From Candidatus Pacearchaeota archaeon (GTDB taxonomy: Archaea; Nanobdellota; Nanobdellia; Pacearchaeales; GW2011-AR1), in the NCBI GenBank assembly GCA_042218235.1, contig JBDGRI010000028.1, positions 9,035 to 18,835 of the forward strand: DNA of 9,801 bases, given 5' to 3'. Each line of letters begins with the position of its first letter. The stretch's first letter is position 1. Below are positions 1-7,043 of the stretch, one piece after another. The translations under genes and the position numbers were made by a program. Below the pieces are notes generated by a model, which did no database searches, was not told the origin of the DNA, and saw nothing but the letters and a program-made list of their open reading frames with translations.

Positions 1-44
1 TGTTATTACCAATAACAGGAAAATTGCCTTGAATCCACTCTGCC

Positions 45-872
45 TTAAAGAACTTTTTTAGACTTAATAATTAGGTAACTCGGACGTGAAGTTTCTTCGC
101 CCCACATTTCAGAATAGGTATCAAGGTCTTTCTTTGTTGGTTTTGGTTCCTTAACTTCTTCTATTGAAAATCCGTTATCTATTAATGAATTTATGTAAGA
201 TTGAATCGTGTGTGTTTGCGCACTTATATCAAAACCATCTCTGTCTTTCGTATAAAGAGTTATATCTGCTCTCTCATCCTCAAAATAGTTTATGTCTTCG
301 TATTTGAAATCAATCCATTTAGTTTTCGGCTTACATACATAAAGGAAAGGGTGAGGGACAGATAAAACAAATTCTCCATCTTTTTTTAGAATCTCACTTG
401 TTTTCTTTATTGCTTTATTCATTTGTTCATTATTAAAATGTCCGAAAACCAAAACGGAAATTACTTTGTCAAATTTCTTGTTTCCTATTTTTTCCAATTC
501 TAATGCAGAATCTACAAAGTAATTTATGCTTAGAGGATTTTTTTCTTCATGTTTTTTGGCCTTTTCAATCAACCCTTGAGAATTATCAACCCCTGTCACA
601 TTTGCACCTCTTTCTGCAAGAAGTCTGCAAACATATCCGTCGGCACAACCTATATCTGCTATTTGTTGACCTTCAAGTTCTCCCAAAAGGTCCAGTACAT
701 ACGGCCTACATAAGAAATCGCTTTGTATCTTTTTTTCTGTTCTGTCCCAAAAGTCAGATTTTTGTGTATAGTCTTCAGGATTACCTTTTCTTTTAGAGAT
801 TATATCTTTCCCATCCATCTTTGGTATATTGTTGTAGGTACGCAGGTCTTTGAGAATTTCCATTTTCATCAA
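45..872 (-). CDS. Class I SAM-dependent methyltransferase
   Basis: Rossmann motif I 'IADIGCADGY' followed by an acidic beta-2 end 'VTGVDNS'. Also 'ISVLVFGHF' and the C-terminal 'HTIQSYINSLIDNGFSIEEVKEP', typical of Methyltransf_11/25-type enzymes. Start is uncertain: the codon at 872 is TTG, and ATGs lie at 869, 863 and 818 (M19). Any of these overlaps the 3' end of the upstream binding-protein gene. Confidence 0.8.
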   Translation of the reverse strand: MMKMEILKDLRTYNNIPKMDGKDIISKRKGNPEDYTQKSDFWDRTEKKIQSDFLCRPYVLDLLGELEGQQIADIGCADGYVCRLLAERGANVTGVDNSQGLIEKAKKHEEKNPLSINYFVDSALELEKIGNKKFDKVISVLVFGHFNNEQMNKAIKKTSEILKKDGEFVLSVPHPFLYVCKPKTKWIDFKYEDINYFEDERADITLYTKDRDGFDISAQTHTIQSYINSLIDNGFSIEEVKEPKPTKKDLDTYSEMWGEETSRPSYLIIKSKKVL

Positions 873-1938
873 ACTCTAGTTTTCCTGCTGCCCCCATCAT
901 TTCAACATCCTTTAGTTCATTAGCTACTTTTGTAGTGTTCTCAGAGTTTCCTGCATCCTCTATAGCTTCTTTTAGTGCATAAAGGTCATCGTAAGGGTAA
1001 GCGGCATCACCTATAAGACTGGTGTTGTATCTTTTCTCATATTTTTCTGTGAAATTCATCGCTTTCTCGTTAGATTCTTCCAAAGAGTATCCTGTATCAA
1101 TAGCGCCCATTTTCTCTAGTGTTTCAGAAAATTGATTATACATGAAAGGTACAGCATAAGTAGTTGCTCCCGCAAAAAGCCTTTTATCGTCCAATCCTAA
1201 TTCTTTGATTTGTTCAGTAATCTGTATTGCAGTACTGCCTGGAAAAGCATAAACTAAAATTCCATCTACATTAGCATCTTTTATTTTCGTTAATTGGGTT
1301 CTGAAATCTTTTGTCCCTCTATCAAACCTCTGGTCCACAAATGTAACATTTTCTGCTTCTCTTTTCACATCATCCAGAAAAGCCTCGGTATCCCCATACC
1401 TCATTGCGATAATGCCTACTTTTTCCATCCCTTCTTTTTCCATTGCATTGCCTATTGCAGCACCTTGGGTGTTAATATCCCAAAAGTCTCTAAAGATATA
1501 CTTGCCTTGGTCTCCTATCCTAGATACTGTAGCGCTAATGTACAAAACCTTGTTCTCTTGTGCTATTGGGGCCGTAGCCTTGGATGTAGAAGAAAAAGCA
1601 GTAAACAAATAATCAACATTGTTCACATTAATTAGCTTCTTGACTGCGGTAGTGGACTTTTTTGGCCTTCCTTGGTCGTCTTCAAATATCAATTCGACCT
1701 TTTTGCCATTAATTCCTCCATTGGAGTTAATTTCTTCGGCGGCCATCTCTAAACCTCTTTTGTATTCTGTACCATAAGATGAAAGAGGGCCACTCAGAGG
1801 GTAAACCGCTCCGATCTTTATAGTTTCAGCTTGAGCGTTATTCCCAGAAAGAGCAATAACAAGAACGATTATAGCAACAACCGCAACACCTGCAATAAGA
1901 TTATTTCTTTTCTGCTTTTCCATAAAGACTAAAGACAT
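793..1938 (-). CDS. ABC transporter substrate-binding protein, branched-chain amino acid (LivJ/LivK-like, type I periplasmic-binding-protein fold)
   Basis: N-terminal hydrophobic anchor/signal 'LIAGVAVVAIIVLVIALSG' with an AxA-like site 'NAQA/E'. Then the family-typical 'IKIGAVYPLSGPLSSYG' and 'GGINGKKVELIFEDDQ'. It lies directly downstream of livH-livM. The alternative start ATG at 1923 (M6, 'MEKQKRNN') fits the TATA spacing better than 1938. Confidence 0.85.
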   Translation of the reverse strand: MSLVFMEKQKRNNLIAGVAVVAIIVLVIALSGNNAQAETIKIGAVYPLSGPLSSYGTEYKRGLEMAAEEINSNGGINGKKVELIFEDDQGRPKKSTTAVKKLINVNNVDYLFTAFSSTSKATAPIAQENKVLYISATVSRIGDQGKYIFRDFWDINTQGAAIGNAMEKEGMEKVGIIAMRYGDTEAFLDDVKREAENVTFVDQRFDRGTKDFRTQLTKIKDANVDGILVYAFPGSTAIQITEQIKELGLDDKRLFAGATTYAVPFMYNQFSETLEKMGAIDTGYSLEESNEKAMNFTEKYEKRYNTSLIGDAAYPYDDLYALKEAIEDAGNSENTTKVANELKDVEMMGAAGKLEFDENGNSQRPAYLQQYTKDGWERYNL

Positions 1939-1950
1939 TAAATAAATTCT

Positions 1951-1960
1951 TATTTAAAAA
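1951..1960 (-). promoter_or_regulatory. TATA-box-like element upstream of the substrate-binding-protein gene (internal promoter after livM)
   Basis: The minus strand reads TTTTTAAATA in the 24-nt livM/SBP spacer. It lies about 32 nt from the ATG at 1923 but only about 17 nt from the ATG at 1938. Confidence 0.35.
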
Positions 1961-1962
1961 AC

Positions 1963-2835
1963 TTACCCCAACTTAACCTTCCCATAGAATCCTTTAGGTT
2001 TGAAAATTAGGATTACCAGCAAAATTAATGCATACATTATTTGTCTTGCAGGCCCGACTATTGAAGAAGGGAAGCCTATAAACCTTAACGGTTCAGGAAG
2101 TAAAACTATCAAGAAAGAAGCCAAAATTGTTCCTCTTATTGAAGCCAACCCGCCTATTATAACTATTGAAATTATTGGAATTAATTGCATTATTGTAAAT
2201 GAGGAAGGGTCTATGTAAGAAATATAATGAGCATAAAGGCTTCCTGCAATTCCTGCAAAGAAAGCTGAAGCACCCAAAGAGATTGCTTTTACTTTGGCCG
2301 TGTTCTTCCCTAAAGACTTAGACGCAGTTTCATTATCTCTTATCGACTCTAAAACTTTCCCGAAAGGAGAATCTACCAATTTATTTATTATTAAGTAAGT
2401 TGCAAAGGCAATTATTATAACAAAAACCAAAAAGTAAGTGTTGTTTGACAAGCTAAGGCCGAATATTGTCGGCGAAGGAATGCCCGAAATTCCCAAAGGA
2501 CCGTTAGTCAACTTGTTCCAGTTTACAGCAATAGAGTGAACTACAAAAGCAAATCCTAAGGTAGCCAAAGCCAAATACTCTGCTTTAATTTTTTTAATCG
2601 GAATAGAGAGCAAAAATCCCGAAGCCATTGCTATAATTCCAGCAGCTAAAATTCCTACAAAGAAAGGCATACCATTAACAACCAATAATGCAGAAGTATA
2701 AGCACCTATAGAATAAAAAGCTACATGTCCTAAATTCAACAAACCCGTATACCCTATTGTCAATTGCAGAGAAAGTCCTAAAATAATGTAAATTCCTACC
2801 AAAATCAACAGGTGTACCAAATAAGATTCAATCAT
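1963..2835 (-). CDS. livM: Branched-chain amino acid ABC transporter permease, LivM family
   Basis: Polytopic membrane protein. 'LSLQLTIGYTGLLNLGHVAFYSIGAYTSALL' matches the conserved LivM N-terminal core (G-x-LxLG-x-x-x-FxxIGAY). It starts 2 nt after the livH stop. Confidence 0.85.
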   Translation of the reverse strand: MIESYLVHLLILVGIYIILGLSLQLTIGYTGLLNLGHVAFYSIGAYTSALLVVNGMPFFVGILAAGIIAMASGFLLSIPIKKIKAEYLALATLGFAFVVHSIAVNWNKLTNGPLGISGIPSPTIFGLSLSNNTYFLVFVIIIAFATYLIINKLVDSPFGKVLESIRDNETASKSLGKNTAKVKAISLGASAFFAGIAGSLYAHYISYIDPSSFTIMQLIPIISIVIIGGLASIRGTILASFLIVLLPEPLRFIGFPSSIVGPARQIMYALILLVILIFKPKGFYGKVKLG

Positions 2836-2837
2836 TT

Positions 2838-3716
2838 CTATGTCTCCCTTTGCCTCTTTCCGAGGATTCCTTCAGGTTTAATTATAAGGAACAAGAAAAG
2901 TATTGCGAAAGCTATCGCATCTTTATATCCCGAAGGCAAATACCATATTCCTATGTTTTCCACTATTCCCAAAAAGAAAGCTCCTAATACTGCAGCATAA
3001 ACATTTCCTATTCCCCCAATTATGGCTGCCGCAAGTCCTTTAATCATTAAATTAGTTCCCATTGTCGGGTCGAGGTTTTGTTCCATTCCTATTAAAATTC
3101 CTGCAATTCCTGCAATAGCAGAACCGACTATAAAGGTCCACAAGTAAATCTTTTCCGAAGAAATTCCTAAAACTTCCGCAACATCTTTATTATCTGCAAC
3201 AGCTCTCATTGCCTTGCCTATTTTTGTCTTTTTAATTAAAAAGAACAAAGAACCAAACAAAACTACCGAAGAGCCAACTATAAAAATTTGCAACGGAGTT
3301 ATTATCGCTCCTAAAATCTCAATTCCCTTTGAAACTTCTAAAAACCCAATCGACTTGACACTCGCACCAAATAAGATTATGATTAAAGATTCTAACAAAA
3401 TTAACAAAGCAACACTTGCAATAAGCATTATTACCGGAGAACCTTGCTTTTTCCTAATTGGTTTGTAAACAGCATAATTCATAGCTACTCCAAGACCGGC
3501 TGCAAGTATAACCGCAAACAAAACCGAAAATCCAAAATTAACTCCTAATTCCGAAAAGAAAAAATAAAGAAAATATCCTCCAAAGGCAACAGTAGACCCG
3601 TGCGCAAAATGAATAAATTTATTTGTCGAATATATCAAGGAAAAGCCCGCAGCAACCAAAGCATATATTGCCCCTGCTATAATTCCATTAAACAACAATT
3701 GACTCACCGGCGCCAT
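2838..3716 (-). CDS. livH: Branched-chain amino acid ABC transporter permease, LivH family
   Basis: 'LLFNGIIAGAIYALVAAGFSLIYSTNKFIHFAHG' and the C-terminal 'YKDAIAFAILFLFLIIKPEGILGK' closely parallel E. coli LivH ('FNGVTLGSTYALIAIGYTMVYG..INFAHG', 'YKDVVSFALLILVLLVMPTGILGR'), as recalled. Confidence 0.9.
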   Translation of the reverse strand: MAPVSQLLFNGIIAGAIYALVAAGFSLIYSTNKFIHFAHGSTVAFGGYFLYFFFSELGVNFGFSVLFAVILAAGLGVAMNYAVYKPIRKKQGSPVIMLIASVALLILLESLIIILFGASVKSIGFLEVSKGIEILGAIITPLQIFIVGSSVVLFGSLFFLIKKTKIGKAMRAVADNKDVAEVLGISSEKIYLWTFIVGSAIAGIAGILIGMEQNLDPTMGTNLMIKGLAAAIIGGIGNVYAAVLGAFFLGIVENIGIWYLPSGYKDAIAFAILFLFLIIKPEGILGKRQRET

Positions 3717-3738
3717 CTTCTACTTCAATAAGAATGAA

Positions 3739-3748
3739 TTAATAAAAC
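3739..3748 (-). promoter_or_regulatory. TATA-box-like element for livH
   Basis: The minus strand reads GTTTTATTAA, centred about 28 nt upstream of the livH ATG (3716), in the divergent livH/map spacer. Confidence 0.4.
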
Positions 3749-3763
3749 TTTTTAGAAACCCCA

Positions 3764-3773
3764 ATATTTAAAA
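3764..3773 (+). promoter_or_regulatory. TATA-box-like element for map
   Basis: ATATTTAAAA centred about 29 nt upstream of the map ATG (3798). No Shine-Dalgarno is visible, consistent with a leaderless archaeal mRNA. Confidence 0.45.
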
Positions 3774-3797
3774 CCGCTCTTTCTTATTTTTAACATA

Positions 3798-4688
3798 ATG
3801 GACCAAGAAAAAATAAAACAAGCAGGAGAAATCGCTTCTAAAACTGTAGAGCACGCAAAGTCATTCATAGAAAAAGGCCAGTCTTTAAAAGAAATAGCAG
3901 AAAAAATTGAGGCTAAAATTGTTGAATTAGGAGGAAAGCCTGCTTTCCCTGTAACAACTTCAATAAATGAAGTAGCCGCTCATTTCACTCCCTCTCCAGA
4001 AGACGAGTCAAAAGCTCACGGTTTGTTAAAAATAGATTTAGGTGTTCATATAGATGGCTGGATAGCAGACACGGCATTTTCTTTAGACTTAGAAAACAAC
4101 AAAGAAAACAAAAAACTAATTCAAACAGCTGAAAAGGCATTGGAAGAAGGGTTCAGCGAAATCCAGGAAGGCGTTCAAGTAAGCCAGATAGGAAAAAAAG
4201 TTCAGGAAACAATCGAATCCGAAGGACTTTTACCAATAACTAACTTATCGGGACATTCAATCGACCAATACAATTTACACTCGGGTGTCACAATCCCAAA
4301 TAACGACGACGGATCCACCGATGAGATAGATCAAGGCCAATTTGCCATAGAACCTTTTGTAACAACAGGTTCTGCAAACGGAAAAATCTATGAAGGAAAG
4401 CCTTCAGGCATTTATGTTTTGGAAGACGACAAAAAACCTCGAAGCCCTATAGCAAGAGAAGTTTTACAATACGTTTTAGAAAACTACCAAACCCTGCCTT
4501 TCTGTTCAAGATGGTTAGTAAAAGAATTCGGAAAAAAAGCAATTTTAGGCCTAAGGCAGTTGGAATCAAACGGAAACCTCCATCATTACGGGATGTTAAT
4601 CGAATCTTCAGGACACAAAGTGACCCAAAAAGAATATACATTCATTGTAAACGAAGAAGGAAAACCCGAAAAAACCACAAATCATTAG
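3798..4688 (+). CDS. map: Methionine aminopeptidase, type 2 (archaeal type)
   Basis: Collinear with Pyrococcus-type MetAP as recalled: 'GGKPAFPV..SINEVAAHFTP', 'KIDLGVHIDGWIADTA' (two Asp metal ligands), 'LSGHSI' (His), 'FAIEPF' (Glu), 'KEYTFIV' (Glu), plus the 'LPFCSRWL' insert-domain motif. Length of 296 aa is typical. Confidence 0.92.
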   Translation: MDQEKIKQAGEIASKTVEHAKSFIEKGQSLKEIAEKIEAKIVELGGKPAFPVTTSINEVAAHFTPSPEDESKAHGLLKIDLGVHIDGWIADTAFSLDLENNKENKKLIQTAEKALEEGFSEIQEGVQVSQIGKKVQETIESEGLLPITNLSGHSIDQYNLHSGVTIPNNDDGSTDEIDQGQFAIEPFVTTGSANGKIYEGKPSGIYVLEDDKKPRSPIAREVLQYVLENYQTLPFCSRWLVKEFGKKAILGLRQLESNGNLHHYGMLIESSGHKVTQKEYTFIVNEEGKPEKTTNH

Positions 4689-4691
4689 TTA

Positions 4692-5297
4692 CTACGATTT
4701 TTGGCTTTTGCCAACTTTTTTCTCTAGTGATTGTTTTGTCTTACTAGAAATTAAGCTTGTAGAATGATTGACTTTATATAAAAACTTTATAAGACTTTCA
4801 CCCCCCATTTTACCTAACTCCCTAGTAGTTATAATCGGCCTAGGGTTACCGTGTTCAATTTCCGAATAATTTAATTCTATTAAGGGATTTTCCATATAAT
4901 AGAATCTTAAACTCTCATGTGATAATGGTGCAAATTCATATTCGAGTAAACTGTCGGGGGAGTTAGAATCATTGAATACTGTAGCAGGTATCCCATAATA
5001 AATACCCCAGATTCTATCTTCCCGGTCCCTCTTTTCATATACTTTAACATGCGGCAATAGCTTACCAGTTATATGGTTCGTCTTATCGCTGTGGGTTGCC
5101 CTAACATCATTTTTTTTCAAGTAATTTTGTAGGTCGACTATAGGAGAATTTTCTAAGAATTCAGATATTTTTTCCCTTATTTGGTAATTATTCCCCAAAT
5201 CTCCAATTCCTTTTCCGGGATGCTCATTACTAATCTCTCTTATATTTCTATCCACACTTTTTTTCAAGTTACCGGACAGATTTTCATTTGATTCCAT
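4692..5297 (-). CDS. Hypothetical protein, no family recognised
   Basis: 201-codon ORF with non-repetitive, protein-like composition and no TM segments. A TATA-like 'CTTTTATAAAG' lies about 26 nt upstream of its ATG. Its stop is only 3 nt from the convergent map stop. I recognise no catalytic motif. Confidence 0.55.
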   Translation of the reverse strand: MESNENLSGNLKKSVDRNIREISNEHPGKGIGDLGNNYQIREKISEFLENSPIVDLQNYLKKNDVRATHSDKTNHITGKLLPHVKVYEKRDREDRIWGIYYGIPATVFNDSNSPDSLLEYEFAPLSHESLRFYYMENPLIELNYSEIEHGNPRPIITTRELGKMGGESLIKFLYKVNHSTSLISSKTKQSLEKKVGKSQKS

Positions 5298-5317
5298 AAC
5301 CGAATAGAAAGCAAGGT

Positions 5318-5328
5318 CTTTATAAAAG
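5318..5328 (-). promoter_or_regulatory. TATA-box-like element for the 201-aa orphan gene
   Basis: The minus strand reads CTTTTATAAAG, centred about 26 nt upstream of the ATG at 5297. Confidence 0.4.
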
Positions 5329-5481
5329 TTGTTCTGCTAAAATAGTACCGCTTTCTTGTAAGGCAGTTAACTTATTTCTTAGACTTCCTTTTCCCTGAAG
5401 GATTTTTGATATACCGTTAAGACCTTGCATTACAAATTATTCCGAACAATTCTAAATCCAATAAAAAAAGTAAGGCTAAAA

Positions 5482-5500
5482 TTTAAATAGTACTACTAAT
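5482..5500 (+). promoter_or_regulatory. vapBC promoter: TATA box TTTAAATA plus an overlapping palindrome (candidate VapB operator)
   Basis: TTTAAATA at 5482-5489, about 26-33 nt upstream of the vapB ATG (5515). The perfect 8-bp palindrome TAGTACTA (5488-5495) and the imperfect inverted repeat AATAGTA-C-TACTAAT (5486-5500, 6/7 matched) sit between the TATA box and the start. Confidence 0.45.
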
Positions 5501-5514
5501 TATTAAAAAGCAAG

Positions 5515-5760
5515 ATGGAAAAGACAACAGTTACAAGAAAAGGTCAAATAACAATTCCTCAATCCTTAAGGGAAAAATTAGGTATAAAAAAAGGCTCCAA
5601 ACTGAGCATGGAATTTAAAGACGGAGATGTAATCCTATCTGTAGAAGACAAAAAGCCTATTGAAAAAATGAGGGACTTAAAAAACGAAATAAAATTTTCC
5701 GGAAAAGAGATAGAATCAATGATAAAAGACTCTAAAAAGAAATGGAGCAAGTTTGAATAA
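5515..5760 (+). CDS. vapB: AbrB/SpoVT-fold antitoxin (VapB type)
   Basis: The N-terminal 'VTRKGQITIPQSLREKLGIKKGSKL..EFKDGDVILS' is the classic swapped-hairpin AbrB/MazE/SpoVT DNA-binding motif. 81 aa, with a charged C-terminal tail. Its stop TAA shares 1 nt with the ATG of the downstream PIN gene. Confidence 0.85.
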   Translation: MEKTTVTRKGQITIPQSLREKLGIKKGSKLSMEFKDGDVILSVEDKKPIEKMRDLKNEIKFSGKEIESMIKDSKKKWSKFE

Positions 5761-6146
5761 TGATATTTCTGGACTCGTGGATTTGGATAGAGTTCTTCTC
5801 CGAAGGAAAAAAGGCCAATCAGTCAGAAAAAGCAATTAAGGAATTGGATAAAGAAGGAGGAATAATTTCTTCCATTACTCTTATGGAAATAGATTATAGA
5901 ATAAGGAAAAAATTTGGAGAGAGAAATGCAGAAAAGCTAATAAAATCAATAAAAAGTTTCGAAAATTTAGAGATAATGCCGGTTACAGAAAAAGTTGCCT
6001 TATATGCTTCAGAGTTAAGAAACAAATACTATACGAAAAACAAGAAAGAAATCTCTTATGCAGATTCAATCCACTTGGCAACGGCAATTATGACAGGATG
6101 TAAAGTTCTTTACTCGGGAGACCCTGACTTTAAGGAAATAGACTAA
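5760..6146 (+). CDS. vapC: PIN-domain ribonuclease toxin (VapC)
   Basis: 128 aa with the PIN acidic quartet in canonical spacing: D5 ('IFLDSW'), E43 ('LMEIDY'), D102 ('YADSIHLATA'), D121/D123 ('SGDPDF'). Translationally coupled to vapB (TAATG at 5758-5762). Confidence 0.88.
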   Translation: MIFLDSWIWIEFFSEGKKANQSEKAIKELDKEGGIISSITLMEIDYRIRKKFGERNAEKLIKSIKSFENLEIMPVTEKVALYASELRNKYYTKNKKEISYADSIHLATAIMTGCKVLYSGDPDFKEID

Positions 6147-6187
6147 ATAAAAACAAAAATCATTTAGGCAAAAAACTCAAACCAAAA

Positions 6188-6209
6188 TTATGTTACTAGA
6201 GTAACATAA
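6188..6209 (-). terminator. Perfect 10-bp inverted repeat, candidate terminator hairpin for the membrane-protein gene
   Basis: TTATGTTACT-AG-AGTAACATAA. It starts 2 nt past the stop of the 6212-7003 gene. On the minus strand it is followed by TTTT..TTTGAGTTTTTT (complement of 6170-6187). It lies in the convergent vapC/membrane-gene spacer. Confidence 0.4.
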
Positions 6210-6211
6210 AG

Positions 6212-7003
6212 TTATTTCCTAGAACTCGACTTTTTGTCCGACCTTTCTATTTGGTTTCTAAGTTCTTCAATATTCTTGAATAAAATCTTAGTTCTCCCGT
6301 ATTTTAAGTTATCCATGTCAAATATAAGCCGTGTAGCATAAATTATTCCCAGGACCATTACTCCGCCTAGAACACCGAAAAGGTAATTTGTGGCAGAGAC
6401 TATTAGCAAGCTTGCAATTACAAGAGACGTTAAAAGATATATCAAGAATTTGTTTTCTCCTTGTAAATACCTGTCTCCGAAAGCCTCCATTTTTTCACGG
6501 TTAATAGAAATATTTGTTAGTACATAGGAAATAGAATCACATAATGAAGTCTCTTTTGCCCCCCTAACTTTTAGTTGGTCTAAAGAACCATATAGTTTAT
6601 TGATTTCTTTTATGTGTTTCTCGTAATATTGAGGGTCGGTATTTTCGATCTTGTCTAAAAATTTTATTATTGAATTCTTGACTTCTTTTATGAATTTTTT
6701 CTGCTTTGTCAATAATGAGAGTTCATAAATTGACTGAAGGTTGGCACTGATATTCGACATGTTTGTTTTAAAATAAACATATTTGTTTTGAACGAAGCTT
6801 AAAAGAGAATTCATAAAGAAACCGTATACAAAAGTTATCATCGAAGCAATAACTCCTATCTCGAAAGAAACCATTTCACTCAATAATTGAAATCCTATTA
6901 CTGCCAGAGACACTAAAATAATCACAGCAAAAAGCCTCTTTATTCCAAAAACGCCTTTGTACTCTTCCTCATTAGCCAACACGTCATCCTCTTTTTTCGG
7001 CAT
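6212..7003 (-). CDS. Four-TM membrane protein, possibly bestrophin/DUF4239-like
   Basis: Two N-terminal TM helices ('LFAVIILVSLAVIGFQLL', 'IGVIASMITFVYGFFMNSLLSFV'), a helical soluble domain of about 110 aa, then two C-terminal TM helices ('FLIYLLTSLVIASLLIVSA', 'LFGVLGGVMVLGIIYATRLIF'). The post-TM2 'FVQNKYVYFKTNMSNISANLQSIYEL' and the post-TM4 'LIFDMDNLKYG' resemble the conserved segments of bestrophin/DUF4239 proteins. That family call is from memory and is weaker than the CDS call. Confidence 0.7.
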   Translation of the reverse strand: MPKKEDDVLANEEEYKGVFGIKRLFAVIILVSLAVIGFQLLSEMVSFEIGVIASMITFVYGFFMNSLLSFVQNKYVYFKTNMSNISANLQSIYELSLLTKQKKFIKEVKNSIIKFLDKIENTDPQYYEKHIKEINKLYGSLDQLKVRGAKETSLCDSISYVLTNISINREKMEAFGDRYLQGENKFLIYLLTSLVIASLLIVSATNYLFGVLGGVMVLGIIYATRLIFDMDNLKYGRTKILFKNIEELRNQIERSDKKSSSRK

Positions 7004-7025
7004 AACCTACAAATAGAAATAATAA

Positions 7026-7033
7026 TTTTTAAA
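7026..7033 (-). promoter_or_regulatory. TATA-box-like element for the membrane-protein gene
   Basis: The minus strand reads TTTAAAAA, centred about 27 nt upstream of the ATG at 7003, in a 40-nt spacer. Confidence 0.4.
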
Positions 7034-7043
7034 CCTTTGTTTT

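Noticed and set aside
1-17. Inverted repeat TGTTATT-ACC-AATAACA at the window start
   Set aside because: Short (7 bp), AT-rich and truncated by the window edge. It could be a terminator for the methyltransferase gene or chance, and cannot be evaluated.
503-923. Plus-strand ORFs 503-796 and 723-923, antisense to the methyltransferase and SBP genes
   Set aside because: Phe/Leu/Ser/Cys-rich translations, typical of the antisense strand of Lys/Glu-rich genes. No motifs, and fully embedded in well-supported genes.
1294-3468. Plus-strand ORFs 1294-1635, 1412-1612, 2000-2218, 2812-3000 and 3214-3468, antisense to the SBP, livM and livH genes
   Set aside because: Embedded antisense ORFs with low-complexity or implausible sequence. 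The opposite-strand genes have strong family signatures.
4447-4747. ORFs 4447-4641 (-) and 4511-4747 (+) overlapping the 3' end of map
   Set aside because: Arg/Lys-rich or Leu-rich out-of-frame translations of the well-supported MetAP gene. No start-site signals.
5386-5407. Small hairpin TCCTT-(7 nt)-AAGGA followed by TTTTT on the plus strand
   Set aside because: Only a 5-bp stem, and there is no plus-strand gene upstream for it to terminate. It falls inside the candidate 36-codon minus-strand ORF.
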